Shown: positions 61,864-64,000 of the stretch, one piece after another
Layout: each line of letters starts with the position of its first letter
Position numbering within the stretch: the stretch's first letter is position 1
Notes under the pieces: generated by a model
Seen by the model: only the letters and a program-made list of their open reading frames with translations
Databases searched by the model: none
Told to the model about the DNA's origin: nothing
Assembly: GCA_020891255.1 (NCBI GenBank)
Contig: BQFW01000007.1
Span: 2,108,001-2,172,000 of the forward strand
Direction: 5' to 3'
Length of the DNA stretch: 64,000 nt
Origin: Entomortierella parvispora E1425
Taxonomy: Eukaryota; Fungi; Mortierellomycota
Position numbers and translations under genes: made by a program

Positions 61864-62531
61864 GCAATGACCTTGCGTTAATAATAAAAGCGTGAGGCAT
61901 CCCTCTCTCGCTCTCTCTCTCGTTCCCTCTCTCCCCACATTCAACGTTGCGTGGGAACGGATGAATCCCTCGAAATGCCGTCTGGGAACTAAACAGAACA
62001 GAAAACCCCCACCCCCTGTTACTGACATCCAGGCAGAGGCTTTCTTTGCCTGGGAGGATGAGGGGATAGAAGATACTCTGACTCTGAGATAAGCACCATG
62101 CAGTGACTTGATTCCCACCGTGTGGCAAATCGCTGGACAATAGGTGGGAGCACTGAACAAGCTCAAAAAAGAAAGACATGGAGAGTAAAAAGCGAAATAG
62201 GGGCAATTGCGCCCGAAACAACGCGTGTAACATCTTCGTCCCAGAGAACGTCCCTTGTGGAGGGACGCGTTTTTTTTTTCGTCCCAAGATAAGCGAATTC
62301 TACCCGCCCTGCATTACCCAGCCCCTATGCAAGTCGATTCTGGCGTGAGAAGTGCATTGGCTGCATGATTCACAACGAATGGGGTGCTGTAGCTTTCAAA
62401 GTCTTCTCCACCTCCCACTCTAAACCCATTTTTTTATATAAACCCTGGCTCACAACAGACCAATGACAACAACAACAAATCCTCGTCCGCCTTCCAAGTC
62501 TTCCCTCTCCTTACATCCGTCTTGTTCAAAA

Positions 62532-63086
62532 ATGGCACGCTTACTTTCGTCGCTGTTCCTGAGCCTCTTGGTTCTCACTTTGATCTGTCTCCAAGGTGTC
62601 TTCGGGTTCTTCCAGGAAGGATTATACGAAATCCAGACCCTTGATAACCTATATCTCTCGATCGGCCCAGTTCCTCCTGTCTTCCCTCCTTTGGATGTCC
62701 CAGCTCGTCTTTCGGCCCGTCCACAAGGAGACCATCTTTGGGAAGTCTTGCGATCGAATGATGGCAGCTACACCATCCGCCAGCGCGGTGACCCGAAGTG
62801 GTCCTATGGACTCAACCATAATGACGACGGAGTTGTTATCGTGAGCTCCAGGAAGGCACCCCAGACCTGGGTTGTGGACAGCGTCGATCTGGATGTGTAC
62901 ACAATTAGAGTCGTCAACGAGGACAAAGTCTTAACTGCGAACAGGGATGATTCCCCTCAAATTGTTCTTCAACCCGCTAAAATCTCAGATAAACAGCGTT
63001 GGAGATTCACTGCATTCAGGGATGATTTGAATGCTCGTGGTGGCATGTACGGAAAGAGCCGTTTCAATGTTCAGTGCTATCTGTAG
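62532..63086 (+). CDS. Secreted beta-trefoil protein, copy B2
   Basis: Intronless 184 aa from ATG 62532; signal peptide; ends RFNVQCYL; TATATAAA at 62435. Confidence 0.8.
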   Translation: MARLLSSLFLSLLVLTLICLQGVFGFFQEGLYEIQTLDNLYLSIGPVPPVFPPLDVPARLSARPQGDHLWEVLRSNDGSYTIRQRGDPKWSYGLNHNDDGVVIVSSRKAPQTWVVDSVDLDVYTIRVVNEDKVLTANRDDSPQIVLQPAKISDKQRWRFTAFRDDLNARGGMYGKSRFNVQCYL

Positions 63087-63439
63087 AGAACGAAATATGT
63101 GGCAGCCTACTTGATGTCAAAGAGGCACTTCCTCTATATCCAGCACTATCTAGTTTTTTCTTTCTATCGTAGCCCGATCTGCACTTTTGTCTGACTTTGA
63201 CATCGCCGTACCCGTTGGACAAATAAATCAAGTTTCATTATTTTAAACAAAAGTGGGTTCGCTCCTCTCCTCGTGGTTCTTCCAACTTGACAGTCGAAAG
63301 CGATCCGTTGACCTCCTCCTCTCATCGTTAAAAAAAAACACGACTCATTGGTTGCATGGGCGGCAAAGCTCTTGTCCCTAGGTAAACCCTCCTGTGGATC
63401 CTAGGAAGTGATTCCCACCTCCTATCTCTACGCAGGAAA

Positions 63440-63665
63440 AGGGCCTTCAAGACCAGATATTGAGTTCACCAGTCAATACGGCTTCCAACCTGACAGGCAC
63501 TTCCTACGCCTTCAGTTGACGGATCGATCCACGCCGCCATCGCCCTCCATCCAGTTCTCCAAGACTCAAGGACGGTACCATTAAGAGCAATACGACAGTG
63601 AATGTGATAGCCCACGAATGAGCGACGGATCTGGGCCCTATGATCCCCACTGCAAGTTTATCTCT
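63440..63665 (+). pseudogene. Decayed copy of kinase-gene 3' end (relic 6)
   Basis: Part of the near-identical duplicate 63010-64000 of 55900-56900. Confidence 0.8.
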
Positions 63666-64000
63666 AGGCTTCAGACGACTGGGAATCCCTTGGTGTCGTT
63701 CCCTTCCAGAGCCGCACCATTTATTGCCCCGTGAACACGGCATGCTTTTGCTCTCTCAAATATGAGGGAGCGCGACGGTTTCCCTCCGGTTGGGCAAGTC
63801 AGTGATGATAACAAGAGGGTATTTATTAGTAAAATACAAAAACTAACATATCCTGAAGGTTATTGGAGAGGCTCTTCCGTGAGAGGACTCCAAGAACATG
63901 GGGATCATGTTTTCAGTTGGAGCTCTTGTTGTTGAGCGCAAGAACCCACTCTAAAAAAACACACCCATTACGAAAGCCAAGCAATCGAGCATACAACATC

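Noticed and set aside
44226-63086. C-terminal CGL/CYL as a prenylation or peroxisomal signal
   Set aside because: The Cys is at -3 rather than -4 (not CaaX), the sequence does not fit PTS1, and the proteins have signal peptides.

Overview
Eukaryotic, intron-containing fungal DNA. Gene content and intron style suggest Mortierellaceae/Mucoromycota; this is an inference. The left ~43 kb is mostly housekeeping: a partial coiled-coil (Uds1-like) gene, PI4-kinase STT4, an F-box/LRR gene, an ArfGAP, inositol-polyphosphate kinase KCS1, an in-frame EOS1-GT31-GT32 glycosyltransferase fusion, DNA polymerase alpha POL1 and a TKL-type pseudokinase/ankyrin gene. Embedded at ~11.2-14.1 kb is a large inverted repeat. 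Its arms appear identical over ~1.15 kb but diverge at both ends, and they carry ~73-nt and ~125-nt internal repeats with hairpins and no convincing ORF. The right ~21 kb is an accessory region: a tandem array of five intronless, signal-peptide-bearing beta-trefoil (ricin-B/mycospin-like) genes, interleaved with decayed copies of the kinase gene's 3' end. The array is interrupted by a 9,241-bp Mutator-like transposon (45525-54765; GGA...TCC termini, repeat-rich TIRs, 10-bp TSD). The element encodes a spliced Ulp1-protease/MULE-transposase fusion plus a Harbinger-like gene pair whose nuclease has lost catalytic residues. Gene models were built by hand from GT-AG signals and reading-frame continuity; no database searches were run.
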